Origin: Lama guanicoe
Lineage: Eukaryota
DNA: 45,884 bases
Assembly: GCA_013239625.1 (NCBI GenBank)
Contig: MU054338.1
Span: forward strand, 2,048,001 to 2,093,884
Reading direction: 5' to 3'
Shown piece by piece: positions 23,251 through 35,684 of this stretch; positions within the stretch are counted from its first letter, which is position 1; every line of letters begins with the position of its first letter. The notes beneath the pieces are model-generated. The model made no database searches and was not told where the DNA came from. It saw nothing but the letters and a program-made list of their open reading frames with translations. A program made the translations under genes and the position numbers.

Positions 23251-24154
23251 GTGCACAGCTAGGGGAATCACTGGTGCAGCAATGGTGACTAAATCTATGG
23301 GAAGAGTCAGATAGCCGCAGGCAGGAGCTGAGGAGTCCAGATGAGCCCTGAGTATCCCCAGTGTGCAAGGCTGGGGCAGAGAGGAGGCAGCTACAGAGGA
23401 GAGGCTGAGGAGCATCAGCGGGGAGGTAGGAGGTCACCCCAGAGACGGTGTGCCCGATGGAGGGGCCAGGAGCTTGAGCCCTGGGTCCCTGGCCTTGTCC
23501 TCGTAGATGGGAACCAATGAGTTTATAAGTGGAGGGAGGGACAGTGAATAGAAGAGAGGGGCCTCTCAGCCCCACTGTTCTTAGAGAAGTGGGGGACAGC
23601 TTCAGGATGTGAGGATGGAGGAGGAGGTATAGAGGGTGGTCGGGGGCAGGGGGTGGTGGAGGGGTGGCCTCACAGCAGAAGGGGGTGTCTCCTGTAATCC
23701 TTACTGGGTGGTATTATGATTTTATGGATGAGAAAGTGGAGGCTCAGAGAGGTTAAGTGGCTGGCCCAGGGTCACACAGCAGAAAGCCATCAGTCAGGGT
23801 TAGATCCTGTCTTTAGCTACTAGATAATAGATCTTAAGTTAAAGACTGAGAACCTGGGGTGCCAGTGTGTGGGAGTGGGATCAGAGGGATTTGGGATGAG
23901 GGGTTCCCACAATCGGTCGTGGTGGGGGTCCTAGCTGGGGCAGGGAGAAGATACAGGTGATCAGAGAGAAATGAACGAGGCTGTCTTCCCTGCAGCTGTC
24001 TCCCCAGCACAGCTGCTGCATGACAGGCGGTGAGAAATACTGACTGACCCCATGCCGGGCATGTGCGGGAAGAGAGGGATAAAAATGAATCAAATATGGT
24101 CGCTGCCCTCAAGGAGGTGGTCTTGATATTAGCAGATTGGTTTGAGAACAAAAT

Positions 24155-24850
24155 CATTCATTCAGTCAAATAGTGATTATTGAACGTCTACTGTGTGCCT
24201 GGTACTATTTAGGCTCTGGGGAACCAAAACTGAACAAAAAGCAAAATTCCCCCATCCTCTTGGAAGTGACATTTCAGTGGGGGAGACAGAAAAAAAAAAC
24301 CCGAATATGTGACATTTGAGATGGTGATAAGGGCACTGGAAAAAATAGAGCAGGGTGTAGGGTGGTTGAGGGCTGTCGGTTTGAACAGGATACTCAAAGG
24401 TTTCATGGAGAAGGTAACATCTGAGCCAAGACTGAAGGCAGTGAGAGAGTGGACTATGGAGCGATCTAGGGGAAGTATATTCCAGAAGAGCTTGTGCAAA
24501 GGCCCTGGGGCAGAATCATTGCTTTGTGTGTAGGAGGAACAGTGAGGAGGTCCATGTGGCTGGAGCAGAGTGAGCAAGGGGCAGAGAGGGAGGAGGTGAG
24601 GGCAGGGAGGGGACAGAAACAGGTTGTGCAGGACCTTTTGGGCCTCAGGGAGGGGCTTTTACCCCCAGGGAGGTGGGAGCCCTGGAGGGCTGTGGGCAGA
24701 GGAGGGGCAGGGCCTGACTCAGGTGCTCACAGGCGTCCTCTGGTGGCCGCTGCAGGGAAGATGGACTGTGGGAGCAAGAGTTGGAGCCAGGGGACCAGGA
24801 TGGAGGGGACCACTCTGGTCCAGGTGAGGCTGGAGCAGGATGGAGGCCTT
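24155..24850 (-). mobile_element. L2 element
   Basis: cattcattcagtcaaatagtgattattgaacgtctactgtgtgcctgg (L2 3' end, antisense) followed by gtgcaaaggccctggggcag. Confidence 0.7.
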
Positions 24851-25794
24851 GAACAGTGGCCAAATTCTCACTGAGAACGTCTTGTGTGCTGGGCTCAGTG
24901 CTGGGCACTGGGGACTCATCGGTGGCCAGAACACTCTGTTACCATCCTCAGGAGGCGCACAGTCCCGTGGGGTTGAGTAACAGCTGCTTGGGCAGTTACC
25001 GTGCAGAGTGCTCAGAGCGGTGGTGGAGGCCGCACAGGCGCGTGAGAAGCCCTGACCCAGCAGTGGCTGGGGATGGGGAGGCTTGCCGGAGCTCCAGGAG
25101 GGACTCGGCTGGGACTTGAATGTTGAGGAGAAATGAGCCAGGCAAACATAAGGGTGAGAGTGACCAAAGAAATGCCAAGTTCAAAGGCAGTCAGTGAGAG
25201 GCCAGGCAGGGGGTGTGGCCAGAGTCAGGGGAAGCCAGGGACACAGCCAGCGTCCATCGGGGTCAGTTCCCCAGACCTACCAAGATCCCTGGGAAGGGAC
25301 AAAAATCCCAGACTTCTGCGTAAAAATAAAGGCTATGCACAGTTAAAAGGAAAACACACAAAATTTTTTTTTTAGTTTATTAGATCAGTGTAAACATTTC
25401 CGGTGACTTAAGTCATTCCCAACACTCTGGAATTTTCTAGAACGCAGATGCCCTTTACCCTCCCCCATTCGGGTTCAGCACCAGGGGTTGTTTCCAACTT
25501 GCTGTGTGACTTTAGGAAAGCTGCTCAGCGTCTCTGAGACTGGGTTCACTCATCTGTGACATGGGGATAACGTTAACCGGCAGGCAGTGTGAGAACCCAG
25601 GACGGCACAGGGAGCGGCTGCACCAGGGCTTGGGTCCCGGCACACAGCTGGCGCTTTCTTCCTGGGCCGTTTGGGGGTTTTCAGTCAGTCCTGGGGGTTC
25701 CTTCCTCGAGTGTCCTCCAAACCCTCAGAGCCAGCAGGGCTCACACCAGATTCCACATCTTCCTTCCAAACTGCTCCTCCTCCTGGGTTCCCAT

Positions 25795-26235
25795 CGGCAC
25801 TAGTTTCCTGGGTGGCTGTTACAAGTGACCACAGACTGGATGGCTTAAAACAACTGAGATCTATTCTTGCTCAGTCTTGGAGGCTTGAAGTCCAAGATTG
25901 AGGTGTCACAGGTCTGCGCTCCTTCTGGAGGCTCCAGGGCAGGATGCTTTCTGCCTCCTCCAGCTCCTGTGGGTTCCAGGCGTCCCTTGGCTTGTGGCTG
26001 CATCCCTCCTGAGTCTGCCTCCATCTTCTCGGGTCTCTTTCTGCATGTCTCTCCTCTCCTGTCTCGAATAAGGACACTTGGCGTTGGATTTGGTGCCCGC
26101 CTTGTTGGTTATCCAGGATAATCTTGTGTTGAGACCCTTAATTACATCTGCAAAGACCCCTTTTCCAAATAAGTTTCCATTCTCAGGTTCCTGGAGTGGA
26201 GATGTCTTTTCTGGGGGACCACAATTCAGTGCCCA
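25795..26235. mobile_element. MLT1 (MaLR LTR), near full length
   Basis: ggctgttacaagtgaccacagactggatggcttaaaacaac...ccttaattacatctgcaaagaccccttttccaaataag. Confidence 0.8.
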
Positions 26236-26869
26236 GAGATGCTCCTCATCCTCTGGGCTTCCCCTAGCCCTGCATCCCGACCTCTGTCCCAGGCTGATGA
26301 CACACAGGGGCCTATCAGCATCTTCCTTTTCCCAGGCTGAGAGCCTTAGCATCACCCATCAGTTAAGGCATTGTCCCCAGAGCCCAAGCTAAGCAGAGAC
26401 CTGTTGCCAAGGAGGGACCACAGCCACCTTTGCCCCCTCCCTCAGAGAGGAACATCTCCAGGAAGAGAGGACCATCCTTGTTGGCTGAGCCCTGTGCGAG
26501 GAGGCATGCAGATATGGGCTTAAGTCCTAGCCCTGTCTCTATCTATGGGTGACCTGGGCCACTGGGAACTTCAGTCTCCTTGTCTGTAAGGTAGACACTC
26601 CTCCCCACCATCGAAGGCTCTGTGGGGTTGCCCCGGGGCCTGCATCATTAAGTAACCACCCCCAATGATTCAATTTTTCCATGTATCAAACAGCCGTTGT
26701 CTAGACTAGATTGTAAGTGACACACATGGCATTTTCATAGGTGCTCTTAAATCCCCCTTTGTCTTAAAATAATAAAGGTTTGGAGTGAGTTCCAGGGAAG
26801 ATGGCAGAATCGGGTGCTTTGGCCTCTCCACAACCCAGGGGCCAACGCCCCAAAGGCACAGTGGATGGG

Positions 26870-27345
26870 AGTGGAGCGCATGACATCAGACACCCCCAGC
26901 TTCAAATTCCAACCCCCTCTCACCTGCTGTGCAATCTTAGGGAAGTAATTTTGCCTCTCTGAACCTCAATTCCTCTGTACTATACATAACACTCCCCTCC
27001 CAGGATTCCTGTGAGAAGAGAAGGGCGTGGAGCCAGTACCTAGGACAGTGACCGCCCTGTCTAAGTGCTCAGTGAATTGGCTGTTAGTGCTCCCTCTACC
27101 ATAAGAGGGGGTGTATTGCAGTGAAGAAGGGCTAGGACAGGAGTTAGACTTCCAGGGTTCAAATCCCACCTCTGGCTCCCGTCACTCAATGTCTGGTGTC
27201 TCAGTTTTCCCATTTTCAAATGGGGAGAATAGTAGATACAATAATGCCGTTCTCTTGGGCTAGGCTGAGGGTTCAAAGGGTTCCTAGGGGCTATGTGTCC
27301 CTGTAGGATGCCTGGGGCTCAGTGGATTGCAACCATTATTGTTAT
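26870..27345. mobile_element. MIR fragments
   Basis: ttcaaattccaacc...cttagggaagtaattttgcctctctgaacctcaattcctc; gggttcaaatccc...ctcagttttccc. Confidence 0.6.
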
Positions 27346-28304
27346 TACAACTTTGAGTTGTGAAATCTCAAAAGCTCAGATCTTGGAGCAGAGAGCAGAG
27401 GATCTTGGCAAGAGGAGGGACTCTTAGAATTTCCCAACAAAGAAATTTCCTCTGGGAAGCTGCTGCTTGCTCACCTCCAGGGATGGGGAGCTCCCTCCCA
27501 CCCAAGAGAGCCATCGTGAAGCAGATCTATTACTCAGACAACTTTCTTACATTGGGGAAATTTCTTGTTTCCCCAAGGATCCCCCCAGTGGTCTCTGCTC
27601 CACTTTGGGCTTTGAAAATGGGGGTGGGTGTGGAGGGAGCCATAGGGCTGTCATAGGTACTGACATTTGGGGGGACTAGTTCTCGCAGGTGGGACTGCCT
27701 TCTTGACCTGCCCCACCTCTTGGCAGGCATGGGGCTTGGCAGCATGCTTTGCTGAACACCCGGCCCCGCCCTTTTGACACTGATGAGGCTGGTGTGTGGA
27801 GTGAGGGCAGCTAGGACTGGAATCTGGTGACAGGCTCACCAGTGTGGGCATTGGATGGGCGGGGATTTCCCTGGAGGGTCCCTCTAGGACTAGGAGGGCA
27901 GCAAACCAGAGATCCACAATTGAAACAGGGTCCATAGCCTTTTCAGTATTTGACATGGTCCCACATCTCTTAGAAAGGTGGTACTGTTTCAAGGTTCCTT
28001 ATAGGGAAAGGTAAGGCAGGGGCCTGCGACTCCCCGACTCCCATTGGCCCTGGGGGAAATTTTTAGAAAAGATGCTAACTCCAGGCAGTGTACTTCAGTG
28101 GTTAGCACGTGGTTTAGGGAGCCTGGGATGTTCCCCTGTGTGACCTTGGGCAAGTCACTTGCCCTCTCTGTACTCCAACCCCTCATCAGTAAAATGAGGA
28201 CGATGCTAACAGCTCCTTCGTGGGGTTGTTGTGAGGGTTAAATGAGTCGGTGCTGAGTCTAAGCTTATTAGCATGAGAAATGAATGCCCTTCGTATTAAC
28301 ATCA

Positions 28305-28720
28305 CTAAAACCTGCTTAAACAATGAATTGCAAACCAGGTGGCTTAAGAATCAGAAACGTGTTCTCTCACAGTCCTGAGACCAAGGTGTCTGCAGGACTG
28401 GCTCCTTCTGAGGCTCCTTCCAGGCCTCTGTCTCAGCTTCTGGTGGTGCTGGCAGTCCTGACTGTCCTTTGACTTGGAGACGCACCAGATTCCCACCTTC
28501 ACGTTCACGTGGCGTTCTCCCCGTGTACATGTCTCTGTGTCCAGATTCTCCCTTTTAAGGGTACCAGTCCTACTGGATTAGGGCCGCTCCACTCCCGTGT
28601 GACCTTACCTTAACTAATTACATCTGCAACAACCCTGTTTCCAAATAAGGTCACATGCTTGGGCCCTGGAGCTTAGGAGAGCAACATAGGGGTTTGGGAG
28701 AATGGGAAGCAACTCAACCC
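28305..28720. mobile_element. MLT1 (MaLR LTR)
   Basis: ggtggcttaagaatcagaaacg...taactaattacatctgcaacaaccctgtttccaaataaggtcaca. Confidence 0.75.
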
Positions 28721-28842
28721 TAGTAGGGACTGAAATTCAAGTCTCTGTTTATCCAGAAACTGGTGAGTGTCACTCGTTTTCAGCAACTAGAAAAGAAACT
28801 AGGAGGCGGAGAAGCAACAGGGCCAAGAGAACAGGAAAACAT

Positions 28843-28863
28843 TTCAGTACCAGGGACAGCGGC
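28843..28863 (+). promoter_or_regulatory. Candidate RE1/NRSE (REST site)
   Basis: TTCAGTACCAGGGACAGCGGC matches 18/21 positions of consensus TTCAGCACCACGGACAGCGCC with correct 2-nt spacer. Confidence 0.65.
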
Positions 28864-29279
28864 TCGCGTTTTGTTTAAGTTTTTTCCCTCTCTCGTTGCA
28901 AAGCTTCCAGACCAGAGGCTGATGGAAGGTGGCTCGGGGGTCCCACCTACGCTCTGAGGGCCAACACACTCCATGTTCTGCATACAGGGCTCCACTGGCA
29001 GGAAAGGACCCAAAGTTTAAGGGGTTTGCCCCTTTTTTACATTTCCCTGTGGCCCAATTCCTTGACAGTCCTGTCTAATTTCTCTCAGGCCTTGTGGCTA
29101 ATTTTCTTAGTGTCTCTCCTTTCCCTGAAGACCTGGGGAGATTCCATTCAGAAAATAGAAACACACACACACAGAGTAGAAAGACGAGGCATGTACTGGG
29201 AGAAGATTTGTGCATCAGATATGACCAAAAAGGATAAGCACACACCACATATAAAGATGAGATGCTTGTAATACATCCC

Positions 29280-29895
29280 AATTGCAATTTTTTTATTCTG
29301 GTAAAATATATAACAAAATTTACCATCGTAACCAGGTCTAAGTGCACAGCTCAGTGGCATTAAGCACATTCACATTGCAATCACCCCACCACATCTCCAG
29401 AGCTTTCCCATCTTCCCAACCTGCAGCTCTGTCCCCATGAAACACCAAATCCCCACCCTTCCCCAGCCCCGGCCCCACCGCCTACTTCCTGTCTCTGTGG
29501 ATGTGACTCCTCCAGGCCCTCCTGTGAGTGGACTCACACTGTGTGTCCTTCTGGGTCTGGTTCTCTCACTGAGCGTCCTGTCTTCAGGGTTCATCCATGC
29601 AGCACGTGTCAGTGTTTTCTTCCTTTGTGGTCCTTGGGTGGATGGACCACTTTTTGCTTATCCACTCATCGTTGATGGATATTTGGGTTCTTTCTACCTT
29701 TAGGCTATTGTGAATAATGCCGCTAAGAACATGGGTGTGCAAATAACTCTTCGAGTCTCTGCTTTCAATTCTTATATTCAGGTGTGTACTCAGAAGTGGA
29801 ATTGCTGGATCACGTGGTAATTCTATGTTTAACTTTTTTGAGGAACTTGCAAACTGTTATCCACAGCATCCGCACCATTTTACATACCCAGCACA
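29280..29895 (-). mobile_element. Old L1M (L1MB-type) 3' end
   Basis: taacaaaatttaccatcgtaacc...ggctattgtgaataatgccgctaagaacatgggtgtgcaa...ggaattgctggatca. Confidence 0.8.
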
Positions 29896-30299
29896 AATGT
29901 TTTTTGAATGCTAGAAACTGTCCTCAGCTCTGCCTGGTACCCCCCTCCCCAGCGCTCCAGGGCGTCTCTCAGGCTTGGTGATGAGGACCCCTCCCCATCA
30001 CCAGGCCCAGCTGGTGGGAGCAGCCGCTTAGTGAGCGCAGCTCACAGGATGCCGCTTTAATTAGCTACAGCCTGGGGCGGAAGTGGGCACCGCGGAGTTG
30101 TTCCCAGGGGCTCTGCTCAGGGGGTCCCCGTAGGGGGAGGCAGAGAGACCGTGAGGAGGGAGCGGGGGTGGGGGCCCCAGGGTCCGACAGCATCAGAACA
30201 GCCAGCGGTGGTCTCGTTTCATAGACGGCGAAACAGGTCCAGGGAGGTTAGAGAGGCAAAGCCCAGCGCTGAGGCCCGGACCGCTGTGTCCATCCAGAG

Positions 30300-30800
30300 A
30301 GCCCGACACCGGCCTGCATCCCCCACCCTCCCTCGGGCCAACATCTTTCAAAATGCCTTTGACCTCTCTGGCCCTTCTCTGGGTTCTCTCTGCTCACTTC
30401 TCTCCTGGCGCTCGTCTCTCGGCGTTTCCCGTCTCTGCGGCTCTCACGCTTTGCCTCCCCAGGGCGTCGTCCAATCACACCCTCGCTCTGGGCCACTTCG
30501 GGGCCGGCCCCGCCCCTCGCCTCTCCCGATTGGCCCTGCGCTTAGACGCAGCGCCACACCCCCTCTAGCTCTGCCCCCACCTTTTGGTTGGTTCTTCCCG
30601 AGGCACTTTCGGACCGTCCCCTCGGATGGGGAAACTGAGGCCCAGACAAGGGCAGCGCGCCATCCGAAGCCACAGAGCGGTTGGTGGCGGAGACGCCGCG
30701 CTCCTCATTCCGGTGCCGGGGCTGCTGGTGCCCTCCCCACCTCCTCCCCGGGGCCGCGGCTCTGGCCTCCCCTCTCCTCCCTCCCCACCTCGCCCAGCTC
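30300..30800. promoter_or_regulatory. CpG-rich promoter-like element in CELF5 intron 1
   Basis: CCAAT 30471-30475, GC box CCCCGCCC 30508-30515, ATTGG 30529-30533. Confidence 0.5.
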
Positions 30801-30934
30801 CTCAGCGCCATCTGACACTGCTCTGCCGTCCCCTGTCTCACCCTCTGGGAAGCGTGAGAGTGGAGGGGGAGAGCTGAGCTACCCCTACTGCCCCCCCCCA
30901 CCGGAGGGGCTCCAGCCTCCTCTTCTCTTCATTG

Positions 30935-31582
30935 TTTAAATTGTAGTAATACACATATAACGCTAAATTTACCATCTTAACCATTTCCCCTTCTTTTCTT
31001 TCCAAAAAAGTTGTTATTGTGGTTAAATACACTTTACGTAAAGTTTACCATTTTAACCACAGCTCAGTGGCATGAAGCACACTCACTCACTGTTGTGCGA
31101 CCATCCCCTCCATCCATCTCCAGAACTTCCTTTTTTTTAACATTTTTTTATTGAGTTATAGTCATTTTACAATGTTGTGTCAAATTCCAGTGTAGAGCAC
31201 AATTTTTCAGTTATACATGAACATACATATATTCGTTGAACTTCCTTATCTTCCCAAACTGCAGCTCTGTCCTCATGAAACACTGACCCCCATCCTTCCC
31301 CCAGCCCCGGCCCCACCGTCTACTTCCTGTCTCTGTGGATGTGACTCCTCCAGGGACCTCCTGTGAGTGTGTGTCCTTCTGGAGCTGGCTTATTTCCCTC
31401 AGCATAATATCCTCAATGTGCATCCATATTGTAGCAGGTGCCAGAATTTCCTTCTATTTTAAGGCTAATATTCCGTTGTATGGGTGGGCCACGTTTAGTT
31501 TATCCATTCATCCATCAATGGACACTTGGGTTGCTTTCACTTCTTGGCTATGGTGAAGAATGCTGCTGTGAACATGGGTGCA
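30935..31582 (-). mobile_element. Old L1M 3' end interrupted by a young L1
   Basis: aaatttaccatcttaaccattt...tatccattcatccatcaatggacacttgggttgcttt...gctgctgtgaacatgggtg. Confidence 0.8.
31133..31237 (-). mobile_element. Young 5'-truncated L1 (camelid-type 3' end) with 10-bp TSD
   Basis: (T)n-aacattttttattgagttatagtcattttacaatgttgtgtcaaattccagtgtagagc...; GAACTTCCTT at 31123-31132 and 31238-31247. Confidence 0.8.
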
Positions 31583-31625
31583 TAACATCCTTTTCTCTGA
31601 ACATTCCTATTTCTCTCCCCTCCAG

Positions 31626-31708
31626 GCTGTGCCTTTCTCACCTACTGTGCCAGGGACTCTGCCATTAAAGCTCAGACTGCCCTGCACGAACAGAAGACCT
31701 TGCCCGGG
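31626..31708 (+). CDS. CELF5: CELF5 exon 2 (not in the ORF track in this frame)
   Basis: ctccag|gc ... ggg|gtgagt; (G)[27 protein letters not shown], completing RRM1 RNP1 KGCAFLTY; phase 1 to 0. Confidence 0.96.
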
Positions 31709-33204
31709 GTGAGTCCTGGGTGATGTCTGGGAAGGGGGACGGTTGGAGGAGGAGTTGCTCTCAGCCTGGAGAAGGCTGAGGCCCTTCCTGGGATCAGCGG
31801 TGAAGCCCACATACCTCTGATCTCAGAAAGAGGTATAAGGAGCGGAGAGGCAGAACTCATCACCAGAATGAGCATTCCTGGTGTGCCTACTGCATACCGT
31901 GCCCTGCACTTCATACCAGGGTGGTTGTGTGTGGTTGTGCAGGTTGCACACTGTACAAGGGCACCTGGCTCATCATGCGAGTGTCATTGGGCTGAGACCT
32001 GAAGGATGAGGAAGCGTTAGCAGGCAGAGGGAACAGCCTGTGCAATGGCCCTGAGGCAGGATCCTGCCTGGTGTGTTGGAGGAAAAGTTGAACAGTCCGG
32101 AGGCCCGTGTGTCTGGAGCAGAGTGAGCAAGGGGGAGAGAGAGAGGAGGGGAGGGCAGGGAGGGGACAGAGGCAGACATGCAGGGCCTGTGGGCCTCAGG
32201 GAGGAGCCTAGACTCCACCTGCCTCTCACCATTAAAAGGAAAGGGCTTTTCTTTTCCCTTCTCCCTATGGAGCAGATAAAACTATGGCCCCTTAATGCAG
32301 AAGCTCCTGATGCAGTATTTCCTCCCCAGGGGAGGCTGGCCCAGGCTCTGTCCCTGCCGGTGTCTCTGGTCAGCCCTGTCCTCTTTGGATGGGCAGGAGG
32401 TCCCTGCCCCCAGTAGAGGATGGGTGGCCCCCCTTAGCCAGCCGAGCTGGGTCTCCAGGCACTGCCTCTTGATGGAAATTGAAGGAGCCACAGTGAGAAC
32501 CATGGTACCCGACCCCAGGAGCTCTGGTGTCCAGCGGGGAGCAGGGAGGATGGCCCTTCCCTCTGGAAATCTCAGGGCCCTTCAGCATCAAGGGAATTCG
32601 GGGGATGCTTGTGTGGCACCATGCCATCAGTGCTGGGAGCCTGGGAGCAGCACGGCTGACAGTGGACAGTGTGGGCTTCGCCAGCCAGGGACATGAGGCT
32701 GTGGCATGACTTTGACTCAACTCTGAACAATCATCAAAACGTTCCGGAGTGGGGGTTGGTTCTCAATCTCATTTGCAGAATCAAGAGCCCCTCTTCAGGG
32801 GTTGAAGTGGCATAGGCAAGAGCTTGCAGCCACATCAGCAGCCTCCTTGTTTAGCTCTCGCTGTGTGACACAGCCAGTAACTCTGTGACTGTCAGCACTG
32901 GACGGGTATAACTGGGCGGGGCATAGGGAGGGCGCTGTTGAGAAGGTCATGGAGGGCTTCACTGAGGAGGTGGCATTTGAGAAGAGGCTTGACAGGTGAG
33001 AAGGAAGGGCATGCCAGGAGATGGAACAGCACAAGCAAAGGTGCCTTAGAGCCTGTAGAATAAACACCACCCAGAATTCAGTCTTCTCCCTCCCTTGGGC
33101 CCCCTGCCAGTATCTCCCCAGACCAACCAGGAACGGGAGGGCAAGTCTGCCCTTGCAGTTGGCCCCCAGGGGCACGGTGGAGTTCTGTGGGCTGTGCTGG
33201 CTAT

Positions 33205-33590
33205 CTCCTGATGCACCACAGGTTACGCATGTTAGTGGCTTCAAAAAACCAGCGTTCAGTTATCTCACAGTCGCCAGGGGTCGAGGACTGGGGCTCGAGT
33301 TTGCTGCCTGGCACAGGCTGAGGATTTCTCCTGAGGCTGCCGTGGAGACATCAGCAGAGCTTGACTGTGGCTGGCGAATCTACCTTCAAGCTGGCTCGGC
33401 TTTCGGCTGGAGGCCTCAGCTCGTCTCCCTGTGGGCATCTCCACAGTGCTGCTTGAGTGGCCTCACAGCACGGTGGCTGGCTTCCCCCAGGGCACAGGAT
33501 CCGAGGGGCCAGCAAGGTGGAAGTCATCACACCTTTTATGACACACTACAATCCCTGCCACATTCTATCCTGGCCACTCACTGGGTGCCA
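33205..33590. mobile_element. MaLR LTR (MLT1-type) fragment
   Basis: ttagtggcttcaaaaaaccagcgttcagttatctcacag...gctgcttgagtggcctcacagcacggtggctggcttcccc. Confidence 0.6.
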
Positions 33591-34974
33591 GGGGCCTAGG
33601 CTGGGGAAGAGGTGGGGGAAACCTGGAGTGACCAAGCTTGATAGTAGATTGGTCCAAGGCCAGGCAGCCTGCAGGCAGCACAGCAGGGAGGTGACCTCAC
33701 GGTCTGAGTGCAGACCCCGCGCTGGTGGCCAGCCCCCTGTCCTGTTGCTCAGTCCTTCCATGTACAGTGGACCATGTTTTTGTAGCATCAGATCCTGATT
33801 GGAACCTCTGACTCCTCTGTCCAGAGAAATCAATACTTGCCTAGAGATTTGCCAACATTGCCAGTAGTCCCCATGGCTAAGGCCCTCTTCCCCATTCCCC
33901 TGCTCCCACTTTCCTGGTGGGATCACTGAGGCCCAAAGCCAGTGCCTTTGGCTTCCTGAGGCCACAGGGGCCTGGGAACCAGTTTCCTCTGTGTTGGAGG
34001 CTGAAGCTGAGCTCTGGGCTCTGTCGGAAGTGGGGAAGGAAGATGGGAGAAGGTGGAAGAGCCAGGAGCTAAGGAGCTCTCCCTCCCTGCATCCCGGGCT
34101 GCTCTCACCAGGCTGGTCTCCAGTCCAAGGTCTCCTTGGAATGTAAAGATGCTACATCACCAGCGTTCCTTCTCTGTGTCAGACTCAGGGCTCTCTGTCC
34201 TTCTCTGTCTGCTAACTCTCCCTGACCAGTCAGTGGACCCAATTCTTTCATCCATTTATCCAGCCAACCAGCCAGCAAACTTTTATTGAGCACCTGCTGT
34301 TTTCAAGGCACTATGCTACACGTCTATCGCTAGCTCTGTGTGCAGAAGTCACCCCCTCGGGACTCCCCCAGCACCCCAGACCCAGCAGAGCTCAAACTGA
34401 CCACCACATCCCCTCCCCTTTGAATGGGTTTTTCCCCCTCCCAGCCCCTGCCCCCCAGCCTGCAGTCCCCACATCCTGCTCTCCAGAGCCCCTCCTCCCC
34501 ACTCTGTGGTCCTGTGGGTTCACATCCCAGCTCCACCCCTCCCAAGGCTTTGACAATGTCTTTCCTTCAGAGGCTCAGTCACTCTTATCTCTGAAATGGG
34601 TCTCACCACCTCCATCTGACCAGGCTGGAGAGAGAATTGCAGGAAGTGTGCATGCAAAGTGGATTCTATTTTGGGAGATGTTAAGTCCTTACGTTTTGGT
34701 CTCTGCAAGTCCCTAGTTCCTAGAAATTCCTCACTCCCCAGAGACCAAGGACCCCACAGGAACAGCAACCCCTGTAATCATGTCTGAGGACTCAGGGGAG
34801 CTGTTTTCCACCTGGAGAATCTCTCCTCTGCCTTCAAGGTGGCACCTGGTACCTCCTCCCTGTGCTTATCCCTGACCCCTCGGGGCTGGGCTGTCTGCAT
34901 CTGCCTGTCTCCCCTTAAATCGGGGGCTCCTCGAGGGCAGACCCTGGCTTTCAGCGTGGGAGTAGATCTGGGGG

Positions 34975-35430
34975 TGTATCAATCTCCTAGGGCCACCCTA
35001 ACAAAACACCACTAACTGGATGTCGTAAAGCCTCAGAAACTTACTGCCTCAAGGGCCCAGGAGCCAGAGCCTGAGATCAAGGTGCCAGCAGGGCCACACT
35101 CCCTCTGGAGGCTCTCGGGGAGGCTCTAGTCCAGGCTGTCTCCCAGCTTCTGGTGGTCGCTGGCAATCCTTGGCCTGGGGACTCATCGCTGCGATCCCTG
35201 CTTGCATCACTACTGGGCCTTCTCCTCTGTGTCTCCACCTCTGCCTTTCTCTTGTAAGGACACCAGCCATTGGATTCTGGGGCTCACCCTAAACCCAGAA
35301 TGACCTCATGTCGAGATCTATCTCTTAATTACGGGTGTAAAGATGCCTTTTCCAAGTCAGGTCCCATTCACAGATTCCAGAGGTCAGGACTTGGACATAT
35401 TTTTAGAGGGAATGACCATTCAACCCACTG
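34975..35430. mobile_element. MLT1 (MaLR LTR)
   Basis: tgtatcaatctcctagggccacc...gagatcaaggtgccagcagggccacactccctctggaggctc...tcttgtaaggacaccagccattggatt. Confidence 0.8.
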
Positions 35431-35684
35431 CAGGGGGTGTGACCACAAAATGAACAGCCCGATGTAGGGGTGCCTGGGACAGCATCTCAAGGGAGAACCA
35501 GGCGATCCGCATTGATGGCCTCGTGGAGGGCAGACAGGGCGGGTTCTTGGAGAGGGAAGCATTTGTGTTGTCTTGAGTGATGGCAGGACTGTGGCAGATG
35601 GACGTGGTGTGCGGACAGAGCGTACCAAGATTCAGAGGCAGGAGCCTGCCTGGTGTGCTGAGTGCGGGAGCACACGGGAGCCTA

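Noticed and set aside
21588..23575. ORFs rich in HPSI or MDGW repeats
   Set aside because: Artefacts of (TGGA)n simple repeats
25474..25494. TTCAGCACC half of an RE1 site
   Set aside because: The right half-site GGACAG is missing
30151..30939. 262-aa ORF in intron 1
   Set aside because: Starts at GTG, Pro/Ser/Arg-rich low complexity, includes MIR-like text (ggggaaactgaggccc) and has no recognisable domain
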